DNA of 63,532 nucleotides, filler included, from Intoshia linei (GCA_001642005.1; 4 parts of 4 records of this genome joined end to end with filler, not necessarily neighbours in it); one strand, 5' to 3'; positions 23,201-38,477 are shown, numbered from the whole stretch's first letter. The notes: a model not told the origin generated them from the sequence alone. A program made the numbers and translations.

Positions 23201-26200
23201 ACTCATTTTGTCATTTTCAATGTGATGATATATATTCAGTACCAATTTAATAAATACTTAAAAATACCAATTATGTATCAATAATTAACCGAATCTTCAC
23301 TTTATAAACATATTTCAGTCAAATTTTACGAATATTGCAAAGGATTGTAATAAATATAAAAATGATATTAACAAAGTTGTATTACTTTTAGTTTCGTTGT
23401 TGTAGTTTTTATTTAAATTTTATTAAAAATGTTTTGAAAATGAGAATTTGAAATTTAAAAATTGCGTAGCAATGAAAAAAATTCCGAAGGAATGAATTAT
23501 ATAGATTTTTACCCATATTTCTTTATTGCAATGTGTAGACGTTCAATGCACATTTTTTTTGAAATTGTAGGATCAATATTAGTTATTCAAAAATCGTTTC
23601 AACACCAAATTACATGGCAATTTCTTATACAATAGTTATTAACAAATGGAACCAACTACCAAATCACAAAACATCTATGAACCCAGCCCAATTTAATCAA
23701 CAAATAAATAAATTCAACTTTAAATAATTAGTATAATCACATATTGTATAAAAGCTACCACTAGCTTCCTTCAATTAAATTTATTATTATTATTTACATT
23801 TTCAATTTTTATTTTAATCGAAATATTTGAAAAATATTGGTTGAATATATTAAAAGTATTTTTCACCTGGAATGCGTAGATTTCGCGGGTTTAACTTTTG
23901 TATTTATATCAACTGGAATAAGCTCTATCAGAATAATCTTTTTTTTAGGTTAAACTTTTGTATTTATATCAACTGGAATAAGCTCTATCAGAATAATTTT
24001 TTTTTTTAAATTTTGAGACAGTTAATATTTCCCATTTTTTGTTTTAATAAAATATTTCGAAAAAAAAATATGAATACTAAAATTCTTTTTTGATTGTGAA
24101 GGCGTCACTTATTTAGATTGAAATTTTTTGTTTGCCTTAACAAGATACAACTGTACCACCTGTAAATTTTTTTAAATTCTAGGGTTGTTTTCATTAAAAA
24201 AAAAGGGTAATTTGAGGTATTTGGCCCTGAAGATATAATTTTTTTAAATTTAAATTTATGATTTTATAATCCTTATCAGCATATATATTTTTTTAAATTC
24301 TCTAACTTGTTTGATTTTCAAAAAAAAGGACAATTGGGGTTTTTGACCCGTAAAATGTGAGTTTGTGAGATTAAAATTTATCTTATTATACGTCGCGGAA
24401 AAAACTGTAATTGAAATGTGGACTTTATAAAATTCTAAGACTGGTAGTTATTTCAATAAACGATAACACAAACAAATATTGCATAGTATATTATAATATG
24501 CTATGATTATATAAGTACACACAAAAACAAAAATCGCGTAGAATATTATTAATATTAAGTAAGGATTTTAAACATGAAAGAACATGAATCAAATAACATC
24601 GAAAAAATAATACCACAATTCAAATCATCAATTCCAATGGATATAAAACCTTTTTTGGTAACTTTGTTTATTTTGCACTTTTCAACAAGAAAATTTTTTA
24701 GGTTTGCATATACATTACCGTGTGTTTTATTGAAAACAGAGAAGACGTAATCACAATTTGCTAGCGTCTACAATTAAATATTAATATGTGTCAATAAAAA
24801 TAAGCAATACTTTCAAAAATGCTGATTTTCCACTAAATTTTGGAGCAATAATCATCACAGCGTTGTGTTCTTTAATCAAAAAGTCGTAAAGAATTTTAAA
24901 TTTGACTGACTATAAAATTATGAAAATTTAAATTTGACTTTACATACATACTGTATATTATACTTTATTAGTGTTTCCCAAATGTTGGCAATAGGCCCTA
25001 CCAGGGAGATTAAGAATTCAGTAAATGTTAATCAAATTCAAATTTAATTTGGTTGTAGTAATCAGTTTTAGAAGATATCAATTAATAATTATATTAATAG
25101 AAGAAAAAATATAATTAAAATCAAATTAATGTGTTATTTAATCTGGAAGTTTAGCATTTTTTTCATATTTTTTTCGTCATTTTGTAATTCACTCTTCGTA
25201 GACGACACATATTATTATCGTTAATTTAATAAAAATACAGGTTCTTATGTTTGTTATGAATTATAATTATGGAATTATTTATCACTTTATTACACTGTAT
25301 AATAATTATGACCAAATTATTCAAAGTATATACTAGGGCAGTGGTTCCCAAATGGGAGCCTTCAGAGTCTGAGGGGGCCGCAGATTTAAAAAAATTTTTA
25401 AAATTAAATTAGAATTTTAAACATTAATTTTATTTAGTATGTGATGTTTAATTAAATTATTCTTGAAATTCGGATTAATTTTGGATTCTAATAAATTTAT
25501 ATGTTATTAACCCTTACGAAACAATAAAATTTATATATACAGCAAAGAACAATAAACTTACAATTGTTTGTATACTAGAGTGTCAACTATATTAAAGAAG
25601 GATTTATAACGAAAATAAATTAGTAATATTAAAAGATAAAATTTTTTTAATGGTTTTTATAATAACATATTTGATTAATAATGATAATAATAATTACATT
25701 AATAAATTTTTATATGAAAAGTACACACATTCACCCTATGAGAAATTTTAATTGTCTACTTTGTACCTAATATTGGTTTATAAATATTTAAAAAGCCTTG
25801 GCCACATTCAAAAATAAAAAAATAAAAAACTTACATCCCTAGTGTATACACTGTTTATACATTAAATGTGAATGTGATTTGAGGACAGGTTTATTTTATA
25901 ATATATAATTAATTATAAATAAATTATAATTTAATCACACTAACCGATTTTAATGGCGTCAATTGACTTTGGTGTATAGTGATAATTGATGGGTTGTTAA
26001 CATTAAAATCATTCCAAGAAACCCACGTCCATGTCGACAAATCCAAACGGTAGTCATATATAGATTTAACAAATTTGGAACTTATGTAATCTTTTAAAAT
26101 TTTTTTACAAAATTCATCAAATATATTGCAACAACTGAAAATATAAAAAAATATTTTATTATTTTACCTGATCTTAAAAGATCCTCCATAAGCGCATATA

Positions 26201-29200
26201 ATTGAAAATACAATAATGTTAGTTATTTTTTCGTTATAATTGTATATAACATCATCATACTAAAATTTTAGGCGTATAATATATAATAGAAAATGCTCAC
26301 GTCCGTTGTATTGCCTATTTCTCCATCTATATTCGATTTATCTTCTAAATTCATTAAATGTTCACTTTATAGATTGTAAATTCAATGTTAATCAGCCAAT
26401 AACTAAGAATTAATTAATAATTACCATCAATTTGTAAATATGATTGACAAAAATTATTTAGCAACGATGACATAAGTGATATGAAAATTTGTATTTCCAT
26501 TAATCCAAACCATGAACTCCTTTTTGATAATTCTGATCTACTTACCATATTTTCGTACCATAAACTCTTAAAATTAATTGACATGAAATGTAATATTTTT
26601 TCTATGTAGATATGAAATAATTCAATTTTTGTTTGTCTAAAAGCTAATATTGAAAATATAAAATAATGATACATTGATGAATCAATAAACCACTTTTGTT
26701 TCATAGAATAGGACCAAGCCTTAATTTTGAGTAGCCAGAATTTCTCTTGTCCGTTAATGTAAACCATCTGACTTTGAGATATTGTACTGGGTGTTTCATT
26801 TTTTAAAGAGGTAGCGGTTTCAAAAATTAAAATGTGGTTGTCTATAAAGTTATGGTTTTATATAATCAAATGAAATTACCTTTGATGTAACTAACATTTC
26901 CTTCAGATGAAATGAAATTATTGGTTGTAGAATTAAAAAAATCTATTATGTGTCTGTTAAGCTGCAAACCATCACAATTAACATCAATAATTGCCCATTT
27001 TTGATTAGCCATGTTTACCATATCCTCCCCACTTCCATATGACGATTGATTTTTATTTCTATTATGAACAGAATTTGTGCTGAAAAAGGAGTTGTCTCGT
27101 GATTTAAAAAATGTAAAAATACTGTGATAAATGTTGCTCATCTAAAAAAATTAGATTAATTTTATTTATTGAACCTGATCGTCTGAATTGAAATTTTTCA
27201 TCACATAAGTTACACTTGGATAATATGATGCGTATAGAAATTTTTCTCTTATAGTCCAGCGTTCATGTTGATTTTTCAGTAATCGGGTGGTCAGTTTGAT
27301 AACGGTAACATATTTTTTAAATTTATTTAAGAGGGGGCGTCGATTGTGCCGTTTTAAGCGAATATTTTTTAGAATATAAATTGGATTTTTAAGTAAACGA
27401 TGAAAAGATTCGTGCGTTTTTATATCATCTAATCGATTAGCTTTGGTGAAATTATAGTCTCTATTTATCAAAGTCATGGCAGATGCCAAAGTTTTCCACG
27501 CCGTTGTTTTTCCTGAGCCAGGTGGACCACAAATGGTTACATAATTGTTATGTAAAAGTAGTTGGTTTATTTGTATCATGCTATTTATCAAATTCGAATC
27601 TTTATGTAAATCATTTTGGATAAGGCAATAGTTTATGGCAATTCTCAGTTTTTTTTCTCTCAGTGCACATATACTCACCAAAGTCTTATTAATACCGAGA
27701 GAAAAACATTTTTTTAAACAAAGTATAATGTTTAATTTGCGAATCTCTACTAATTTGAAATCTTCTGGTAAGTCGTAATTAAGAAAATAATGATTTTTCT
27801 CCATGTGTGTCCATATTGTGTGTGATATATAATCTTCGTCACAGAGAGAATTTAATATGTCAATTACATCTATATCATCAGAATGAACAGTATATTTATA
27901 TGCAAATGCATCCTTTATAACTGTATGCATAAATATGGTTTCATTGTTTTTTATATATGGAACATATGCTTTTACAGAAAAAATGAAACAGCATATTTTT
28001 TCAGATATGTAATCAACTTTTATGAAAGTATTAGAAAATAACCATATTTTACACAAAATTCTAATATCAATAGTGCTAATTCCATAAGATCTCATTTTGT
28101 GACTCAGCTTTCCAAATTTCTCTAATTCAATTTTTTGTTCATTTATCCCAAAAAATATTGATGCACCGCTTGAAGATATAAATGAATTTCCATCATAAAA
28201 GAATTGCAAACTCCGCACTGGCATAATCAAGTCTCGATAAATGAAGTAATCAATGTTTTTTGTTTTAATTACTTGATCAACAATGGATTGCTCATTCTCG
28301 TCAAATATATTAGCACGATCTTTACTTAAATTAGGGTAAATTTCAGCATCATCTTTAACGTCGAACCTCGAGAATTTTCCTTTATTATAATGTTTTCCAG
28401 AATGTGAAATAGGTCCATTATTTTTCGATTGTTCCCGCCTTTTTTCTTTTTGAAAAATAAAACTCTTCGATCGTTTCAAATTGGTACTTTTGACAGGTTT
28501 ATTTCCATAAATGTATCTATCCCACATTTTTGATATTTCGTATAAAATATCGTATGTCAAATTTTCAGAATTAGATAAAAGAACCATTGAGCCACATGTT
28601 AAAGAACCTTTAATGCAATTCATTATATTAGAAAAATCTTTTCCACAAATATATTTATATAGCGTGCATCCAATAAAGATACTAATATTCTCCAAAACAT
28701 ACGTATATTTTTGTGCAATTGCTATTGTATAATAAGAATTAATGGCAGAAATCAAGTGAAAGATACATTTGTTCGTTGGAAGAACAAATTGACTAAAATG
28801 TTGAAAACTGTAACTGTTGTACGCATAACTGTACGATTTATTTACATTCCCAACATTAGCCGTTAGATTTTTTATCATGATAATTTCTTTATTATTGGTG
28901 ATAATTTCGCATTTTTTTAAAGGTAAAGAATAATACAAATAATATAAGTTTTCGAAACAATTTCTAAAATTACAATTATTTTTATGCAAATTTATCAGGT
29001 TCAGAAAATTCAAAACTTGAATATAAATTTGTTCGGAAATGCACAATACATATTCAGACCTAAGGTGTCTAATTAATGTTTTTAGATTAATGATATTGTA
29101 CAAGTTCCTTATAAATTCAGAACATGTCATTATCAGTTTATTGAGATTAATAGTTTTGTATTCAGTATTTTTAAGAGCTTTTTTTAAAATAATGTTTAAA

Positions 29201-32200
29201 TTGATCAAAATTCCGCGACTCGAAGTGGTAGAAAATGTTTCTGTATATATTACTTTTTCGTTAGATAAAAACTTAATTAGCTCTTTAAAATATACTTCAA
29301 TATCAAATTTTTGTTGATGCGTAAATTTAATATACCACCAAACTAAATGCTTCTCAATTGAATGTCTAAAACTGACATTTAAAGTGTGTTCAAAAGTTTG
29401 AATGAAATTAACTAAACTAACAACATTATTTTTGTCAAATTCATTAATATTTATGGATAATGGTTTGTCAAAATTTAATTTTTCACCATAAGTTCCAATT
29501 ATACCGGACATGTAAATTTTTTTCTCTAAGTAAACAGAAAGCAGTTTTGTTGAATCGATGTAATCAATAGTTGTATTTTTTTCGATAACTGATCCATCTC
29601 TAGCATAGCAAAATATTGGCTCAACTACATTTGGAAATATTTCTCCAAAATAATGGGAAAAATTGGCGATATTATCAGTGTTGATTGTTAAGAGCTTTTT
29701 TAGGATATTATCACTGTAAAAATATAATCTTGGATTTTGACATCGCATTTCATTTAATACAATTTTATTTTCATCTATAAGATTTTTGAATTCATTTTCA
29801 CATATTTCAAAGATTCTTATAATATAATTATATCGAAAATAGACTGATGTGTTACAAGTTTTATAATCACTCATTGTTCGAGATCTACTCATGCTATTTC
29901 TACTAAGAGATTTTTTTAAATTATATTGAGGATCCCAAACATATCGCAGCTCGTCTTCGCATTCTGGTATTTCAACCGTGTGACCATTAGATTCAATTTT
30001 TTTCATGAGATTATTTAGTGAACTGTTCATGAAATCTTTTTTAAAGTCAAAATCAAACACATTTTTTATAGATTTGCATCTGTAGATTTGTTCAATTATT
30101 GCCTAAAAATAAAATAAGTAGAATTTATATTAGTAATGTTGATAATTTTCACAAAATTATAAACAGTCAGACCTGAAGATAGCGTGGAAAATGTTCGTTG
30201 ATGAAAAATTCTTCATGATTAATTCATATTAAATTTATAATGAAATATGAAATAATTATGAAATAACAAGATGTTTATGCAAAAAAAAAGATAAATGCTA
30301 ATGTATTTAATTTTTTCAGTAGCATATAAATCCGATTTGGGAACATGATGGAATGATAAAATATTTATTGTTGGCTGATAGTAAAAAAATGAAGATGAAC
30401 TACATATTATATATTATTGTATTATTCGTGTATATAAAAATATCAAAAGGGAACAATGAGTTAGAAAAAATTAGAATTGAATTGAGTTCCGCCAAATATT
30501 ATTACTATTTTACGGTTGTTTCAGAATTCAACATTTTATAAAAAAGTAAATAAGGAATATAGATTTATTTTGAATTACAGAGATCTGAATCAAATCACAA
30601 GATATATCTTCCCTTAACTAAATATTATAATATTTAACGATATACTGTACTGTACATCGTATTATTATTATATATTACCAGGTTAACTGTTATTTACTAC
30701 GTACAAACAGCACTTAGCTCTACCGAGGGCACATTTTTATTCTACCAAAAAATTAAATTCACGTTGAAAATTTATCTGAAAAATCCTACTTTTCACTATT
30801 ATCAATCCTATAAAGGAGTAGTTCCCAAACTTGTTTACGGTGGAACAATCATATCACATTACTTTTTACTTTAAAATTAATTATTTCATTTTAATTTTGA
30901 TGTTATAATATAGATATACAGAATAATCTTTTTTTTAATTTTTGGAGCGTTAATTATTTAACATTTTTTGTTTTAATAAAATGTTTTTTTGACCGAGAAG
31001 GCGTCACTTATTCAGATTGAAATTTTTTGTTTGTATTAACAAGATACAACTGTACCACCTTTAAATTTTTTTAAATTCTAGGCCTGTTTTCATTAAACAA
31101 AAAAGTGTAATTTGGGGTTTTGGCCTTAAAGATATATTTTTTTAAATTTATATTTATGATTTTAAAATCCGTATCAGAGTATATATTTTTTTAAATTCTC
31201 GAACTCGTTTGATTTTCAAAAAAAAGGACAATTGGGCTTTTTGACCCGTAAGATGTGAGTTTGGGAAGTTGAAATTTAGTTTGGTTGAAAACCCCGGAAA
31301 TGCTGTAATTCAAATGTGGAATTTATAAAATTTTAACACTGGTAGTTATTGAAATAAACTGTAACACACACAAACAAATATTGCATAGCATATTATATAA
31401 GTAAGGATTATTATATCAGTATTATAAATATTATAGATTATGAATATGAAATGATTATGTGTATTTAATTCTCATTTGTAAATATAAATTAAAATGTTGA
31501 AATTATGACATACAGTATATAAAACGTGACAATCTAGAAAACGACTATAGTTGTATTTTTCCTTGTTAACTGCAGACGAAAAATTAGCATAGGGGCCTCG
31601 TAATAAATATAGCCACTAAATAAATTTATTTAAAATTATATTTGTATATAACATTACTTGTGTTTGCGTTCTGTGCCACATTGATAATAAATTTTTTAAA
31701 TTATTCAAATTAGAAATCCATGTCCCTATACTGTCGGTGATTTTTTTGTTTGATGACGTGAATTTCATTGTTCTTATTGTTATAGTATGGTCCTAAATAT
31801 TATATTATCTAATATATCAACACTAACGTCAATATCGCTGGCTAATTCGTCCATATCATTCAAAATATACATTTTTTCGGACACCTTCAAGTCGTCTGAA
31901 CTTAATGAAGTGCCAATTTTTATAGATTCACTCACAAAAACGGAAATGTTGTAAATACAGATACTAAAATGTTTTTCAAACCAAAAAATTTTTATCCTGT
32001 TAATATCTTGCAAAATTTTATCGTTTATGATAACTTTGTAGAAAATGTCTTTTATTATTTCTTCATTGTTTAACAAATTTAAATCGAGTAATTCTTGGAG
32101 GCAGTAAGATCGGTTTTCATTGTATCGCAAACCAAACTGTAAAAATAGTACTCGCCAATGTTGCTTTTTAAATCTTTTATCCACCAGAGAATATAATAAC

Positions 32201-35200
32201 TGAATTTGGTTTTTTATTGCAGTTAAGTTTTGAAACCAATATCTTAAAATTTCATCCCCTTTATCAATATAATTGGAGATTTGCGTGGAAGCCGAGATCC
32301 ATACAACTATTCGGCTCATAATATGCGAAAAATCAATCTAATTTTTTAAAATTATATATAGTTTGTTTAAAAATCGATATACAACAAATACAGACTCGTT
32401 CATATGTTTTAAGCATCTAATAAAATTACCAGAAAAGTTATTAATACTTTTATTAATTCACACAGTTGACAACCCTGAATCGGGTCACCTAATGTCACAT
32501 CTATCAAAAATTTTGGAAAGATTCGATAAATTAAAGCAGATTAAAAAAAATTTATAATTATAATTAACGATATTTAATCGTAATGTAATATAATAATCTA
32601 ATGTAATATACTTTGTGAATTTCCATTTTTTTCCACTTTTCTATTATAGATTCGCTATGAACCTTGTAAAACCAAAGCTCCAACCGTAAACAAATTTTAT
32701 CTAAAAATATTAGATATCCTTCTATTTTTGTATCCTTTTCACTGAGTAATTTCCTTATATCTATTACTTTTTTCAATTCGTCCAATATTTTTGTATATTC
32801 TTGTTTTAACTGAAGAGGATAAAATTAAAATATATATATATATATTTGATTACTGACATCAACTCTTCAATAGCTACTCTTCCATCTGTGGTAATTTTGA
32901 CATATTTAATGTTATTACTTTTTTCGTATATCAAATTTAAATCATCCATTAATTTCTACAATCAAATTTTATGTTAACGAAAATAATTAATAAATACGTA
33001 AATTAATTAATAATTTTAAAATATGTATATGTATATGATTATGTGTATTATAATGTATATACAGTAGGGTGTCACATCAAATATTTTTTTTAAGAAATTC
33101 AAAAACATACCCAGTAGATTATGTGTAGAGACAAAATTGACTTTTACCGATATTGTTTTGAAAAATCCCATTTTACGAAACCTTACGAAAAAAATCACAA
33201 AATTAAAAATACAATTTTACCAACCCTTAAGGGAAAAAACCCTTTTTCCAATATTTTATGAAAAAACCTTTTATTCCAACCTTTATTCCAACTCCAAAAT
33301 AAAACTCCAATATTACCAACTTTTAAAGGAAATGTCCTTTTTCCAATATTATCCTGAAAAATCCGATTTTACTAAATCTTATGATGAAAAACCTTTAATT
33401 TTTTTATCAACGTTCTATATTTTATGTTTCCCTTGGGTTCATGGGAAATGGGTATCCTTACACTATTTGAACTCTGGAACCACTGCATTAAACAATAAAA
33501 AAATAAAAATATTTTCACTTCACATAATTAATAATCAACCATTGTTATCATCATTAATCAAGAAGAAAATAAATAATGTATCTTAACTTTAGATGCTAAA
33601 TCTTTTAATTTTAACCGAAAAAACTTTAGTGTAATTATGATGCTAGCCATTTAAGTCAAAATTTAACGGAATTTTTGTACTTCAGCAAAATTCAGTCATT
33701 TAATCATGATTTTTTTCGTTAACGAGGAATTCCGTTATATAATAATCCTGTTAAATAGGAATGAGCCTGTACCATGTGAATACGTAATAAATAATATTGT
33801 ATTTCATTTTATAATTATAAATTGAATTAAATTCTATTAATATATAATAAATAAATAAATTACCCTAATTAATCCTTTTTTATCTGTTTTGTTACCCAAA
33901 CTGGTCTAATTATAGATGATGATTATTACAGACTTGAAACCTCATCTCCTAAATATTTTAACATTAAGGGACTTTCTATGTTAGTTTTTTCTATTGCATT
34001 TTGCAAATATGTGACAAAATTGTTTTTAGTCAAAGTTAAATTAATTTCAATTTTTTCTTCATTCTCAGTGCATGGTCGAAAGGAAAGTTTTATTACCTAA
34101 ATTTTAATCATAATTATTATACAAATGAATACTTCAAATAATGATTTAATTCTTTTAAATTCATCATTAATGTATTTATATAGATTTTGATTTTTTTTAA
34201 TATTTTCTACAAAAGACGAATATTCATATATTGTATTGGTAGGAACAATTATTTGCTAAACAGAACATTAATTAAGTTAAATTGAATTGGATACTTCTAT
34301 ACAATCTTTAACCAACTTGTTAAATTCATCTATTCCTTGCATTACACTGTTACAAATTTTAAATTCAATTTTTTTATGAGCGTTTTTAATATTTTTTAGA
34401 GTAGATTTTTTAACCTTTTTGCAATTTATTGCAAAAATCTTATTGTTTGTATTATATAATTCATTAACGCTAGAAATTTTCATATTTAAAGAATGCAGAT
34501 CTGAAATGAACTCCTAATTGAATTAGATAGATAATTAAAATTTACCTCAAATTGATAAGCAGTGTATTTTTTTACTTTTTTGTCATTTTTTAATTCATCA
34601 CCTTTTTTATAATAATCATCATACAGATTCATAGTCTTATAAAAATTATTAAATATGTAATTATATTTATTTGTTAAATCTCTTATTTCTCCAAAAGCTT
34701 CATGAATCATTTTCTTAAGCTGTTGCCAATAATTACTAATCTTGTATCTATATTCTATGATTAATAGAATAATAAAACTTACGTGTCATATGAATCCAAT
34801 TGAATTTCTTCATAATTCATTGTGGTATCACAGTCAAGGTAACTTTTTCCTTGAACAAGTAAATTGCGATTATAATACTTAATAAGTATTTTTTCAATTT
34901 CATTACCTAAAAATACACATAAAATATTATATATAAATACATATAGATTGTATATCTATTCTATTAAAATCTATATCTAAGTATATCTATTAATCTATAA
35001 AATATAAATTTATATACAAATAATATTATAATTTGTATAATATCTATAATTATAGTATTTATATATATGATATAATTAAAAATTACTAGATTTTTCAATA
35101 TTTTTGAAAATATTATCAAAATTTTCTGATGTGATATTTTTCATTCTAAAAAAAATGTAAAAAAAAATTTATTAAAAAATTACTTTTCCGTCAAACATAT

Positions 35201-37560
35201 TGAATTCATATAATGCAATCGTTTTTTGAAGATATTTTCAAACACGTTAAATACATCTTTTTCTGATACTGGAAGTTGTAATGCATCTATTTTTTTAATT
35301 TTTAATTTTAAGAATTTATTTATACCATTTTCATATACAAAGGTTAAACATATTTTTGCAGTGCTAGAATCATTAAATGTATATGCATTAAAATCTTGCA
35401 TAAAATTGAAAAAATTGTTGACTACAACATTTTGTAACGTATTCGAAATCATCAGTTGAACCATTTTTATATAATTTGGAACAAGTCTATGAATAGTAAC
35501 ATATACGAAATACATATATTACGTATATTATATTAACATGTGCCTCAGACAACGTTGTTAGTTAATGCAAAGAGTGGCTGAGGAAAATATCATGTACGCA
35601 ATGATGTAATTGTCATTTTTAATTATCAAAATAACCACATATTTTTAAATTGTTAAAATAGTTTTTAACACTACATTAAACTGTATTAACAAAAATTATT
35701 AAGAAATTGTTTTGAAGCAAAATGTCTGTTTTCTGAATATTATATGCATATAATTATAATATATTTTAGTTAGCAAATTTCAAACACCACATTGTGGTGG
35801 CAATAAAAATTTAAATATTTCTGTGTTGGCCACTTTTTTTGTTTGAATTACGAAACATGTTAATATATATACAAATATAATATAGTTTATACAAATGTAT
35901 AGTGTAAATAATATACATTGTACACTGTAAATTTAAAAAACCATTTACAGTCAAAATCTCATTTAACGAAAATGGTAAACGTTAAAATGGCATATTCGTT
36001 AAATGAAATATCGTTAAACAAAACATTCGTTAAATGAGATTTTGACTGTAAATGGTTTTTTAAATTTACTGTAATTGATGAAATGCTAATTTATAATCTG
36101 CTTTTCTTTTATGATAATATTCTGCAATTTTACATATGGAATCAGTATTGCTAAATAATCAAGTTAATAAAATAATAATACATAATTAACAACATAATAA
36201 TAATTAAATTACAATTCAAATGTTTTATCCATTACTAAATTTCCTTTTTTCTTTAAATTTTCTTTCATTTCATTTACGGTAAAATTTAGTATTGTATTTA
36301 TATTTCTAAATATATATGTAATTGCGTAAATACATATAATATATTTGTAATTTCATTGATAATTATAATTGATAATATTTTTGATGTAGACCTGGAATAT
36401 CATGGATAAAAAGCAGAAAATATATTAATTCTAAATAATTTTCACAAGTGGTTCTTAGACGTTTATTATAACGCACCTCTTGGTGCATAATAAATAAAAA
36501 ACGCATCCCAATTTTTTTAACCCTTATCAATACAAAATTGAACATATGCACCTCTATTATTTGCATTCATTTAAAAAACGAGTGTTAGTAATATATTATA
36601 ATAAAAATTATTATTACTGGTAATATAAAAAATTTATCATAAGGTTTTTGCAGATAATGTTTTGTGAAATATTTAAAAAAGCATATTACCATATTAATCA
36701 AAATTTTTAAAATAATTTTATAAAATGATAAATCAAATCAGACGAAATTATATAATTATATGTGACGCTCTTGAATGTTAACTGATATAATGTATTAAAA
36801 ATCTCCAAATTTAACAATCACTCCAGTATAAAAATCAATCAAAGGTTCATTTATATTTATATTAGTAATTACTTTATTGTACAAGTCAAAGTATTATAAG
36901 ATGCATTCTTAATAGTTTCTTGTCGCTGTTCATAATATTCGAGTGTTTGATTCCTATAAATTTGAAACATTAAATAATTTAATTATAATTACTTCATTTC
37001 GAAGTTAAAAAGTTTCAATGTCTCAATTTGGCTTATATATCGTTTAATGGTAATGAGAGAAAAGTAAAAATAATTTATATTAATTAGTAATCGATTCTCC
37101 ATTTTAAGAATTATTTTATGAAAATGATTATAGCGATAATACCGTATCCACCTAAATAATAATTACTATCATTATATCATTAATAACCTTTTGAAATATT
37201 TTCTGATTCTGAATTGTTGAAAGAAAGGTATTGCTTTTATTACATCAAATAGAACTGATTCTCTATACCATTTACTAATCGAAACAATTTCAACCTCACT
37301 ACAATCTGCGTGAAGTTTACAAATAATTCCATTTGACGAAGCTATGCAGTAAACATTTTTATTTACCTATAATACAATTAAAGTTCAAATAAATTTTACT
37401 TACGTTTATTCTAGATGCACATTCCAAAGCATATGGATTGTAATTGGGACTTCCATGAGATGGTATATTAAAATAAAGTGTTTTAATAATTTTTTTATGA
37501 ATAAATAAAATAAAAAAGCACAATATGTCGTCATTGTTCATAATGGCTAATTTCTTCTAT
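20208..37560 (-). CDS. DNHD1: Divergent dynein heavy chain, DNHD1-like; multi-exon, both ends incomplete, outer coordinates approximate
   Basis: Colinear dynein motifs: YNPYALE and SKWYRESVLF..IPFFQQFRIRKYF (N-terminus), PRLYFYSD..L..LL (linker), a degenerate AAA1 (VLPTNKCIFHLISA...IKGSLTCGS), AAA2 ICGPPGSGKTTAWKTL, KWAIID, LIFET..LKNETPSTIS, IYDY...WVSW, AAA3 APKFSGKS and IDDLN, and the start of AAA4 near 20208-20471. Confidence 0.7.
22955..24500 (-). mobile_element. Helitron family A long copy in a dynein intron, with an internal ~60-bp tandem duplication (23888-24000)
   Basis: Reverse-complement match to 58919-60195 over most of its length. The unit GGTT(T/A)AACTTTTGTATTTATATCAACTGGAATAAGCTCTATCAGAATAAT is duplicated. 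Confidence 0.7.
30678..31407 (-). mobile_element. Complete non-autonomous Helitron (family A, 730 bp)
   Basis: On the minus strand: A|TCCTTACTTATATAATATGC ... CTGTTTGTACGTAGTAAATAACAG hairpin ... CTGG|T. This gives 5' TC, 3' CTRR and an AT target with no TSD. Confidence 0.8.
35927..36069. repeat. 44-bp perfect inverted repeat around a 55-bp loop, with a pogo-like TIR core
   Basis: GTAAATTTAAAAAACCATTTACAGTCAAAATCTCATTTAACGAA at 35927-35970 is the exact reverse complement of 36026-36069. Confidence 0.85.
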
Positions 37561-37590
37561 AATTTAAAATGGATTTAGTATAATATAATT

Positions 37591-37690
37591 NNNNNNNNNN
37601 NNNNNNNNNNNNNNNNNNNNNNNNNNNNNNNNNNTTAATTAATTAANNNNNNNNNNNNNNNNNNNNNNNNNNNNNNNNNNNNNNNNNNNN
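37591..37690. other. Synthetic contig spacer
   Basis: 44 N + TTAATTAATTAA + 44 N. Confidence 0.95.
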
Positions 37691-37799
37691 ATCGGAAGAA
37701 TTGTCAGAATATGGTTCTACTTTCGATTCAAAACGGAAATCAAATTTTGGATCGAATTACGGAAATTTTTTTTGGAATGGTTGTTGAGTTTGTAAATAT

Positions 37800-38337
37800 G
37801 ATATGCAAAAACTACTACAACACACTCCACTTTCTCCATGAGAATCAATTTGCATTTGAAGAAAATTTTCATCTTAGTCAATTTTTATTTTTTTATCTTT
37901 TATCATTAATATGTTATCCCAATTTTGTTTAAATTTTTGATGGTAGTTCGGATTTTTTATATAGAGCGCATACTTGTTCATTAAATTTTTAAGTTTGACT
38001 TTTACTAATCCTAATGTAATCAGTCCCAGAGTGCACTTCATCCATAAAAAATATAGTTCTATTGCAGTTTTATTACAGTAATAAGATTTTCGTTGTGAGT
38101 TATTTTTCATTTCTAAAAAATGATATCTTCTCATTACTTTTTTTATAGTAGGTAATCTCGATAATTACTAAGCGGTTCACTAACCATTACTCCATAAAGA
38201 CGGAAATAAATCTTTTTAATTCCAGGTGGGATTAATAACAATTAAATAAATTAATTTTCACATATTCGTAATCAGTGCATAAAAACACACCTATATGCAA
38301 ATATACGTTTCGATCTTTAAAAAAGTGGACACCCTAA
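37800..38337 (-). mobile_element. hATm-like DNA transposon relic (5' end with decayed N-terminal ORF)
   Basis: Minus-strand terminus TAGGGTGTCCAC, followed by a decayed ORF (VMRRYHFLE...TAIELYFLWMK...VKVKLKNLMNKY...F...D..FLQMQ) resembling hATm transposase N-termini. Similar TAGGGTGTCAC ends occur at about 115-125 and 33065. Confidence 0.45.
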
Positions 38338-38477
38338 TGGACACCCATTTTTACCTGGAAACCATTAATCCATTTCAATTTTACTGTTGAATAAAATCTG
38401 TTTCCTAAAAACTAAAAAAATGATAATGGCTACCGTGCCTATTACCAATACCACTGAAGATGATTAATTTTGTTTAG

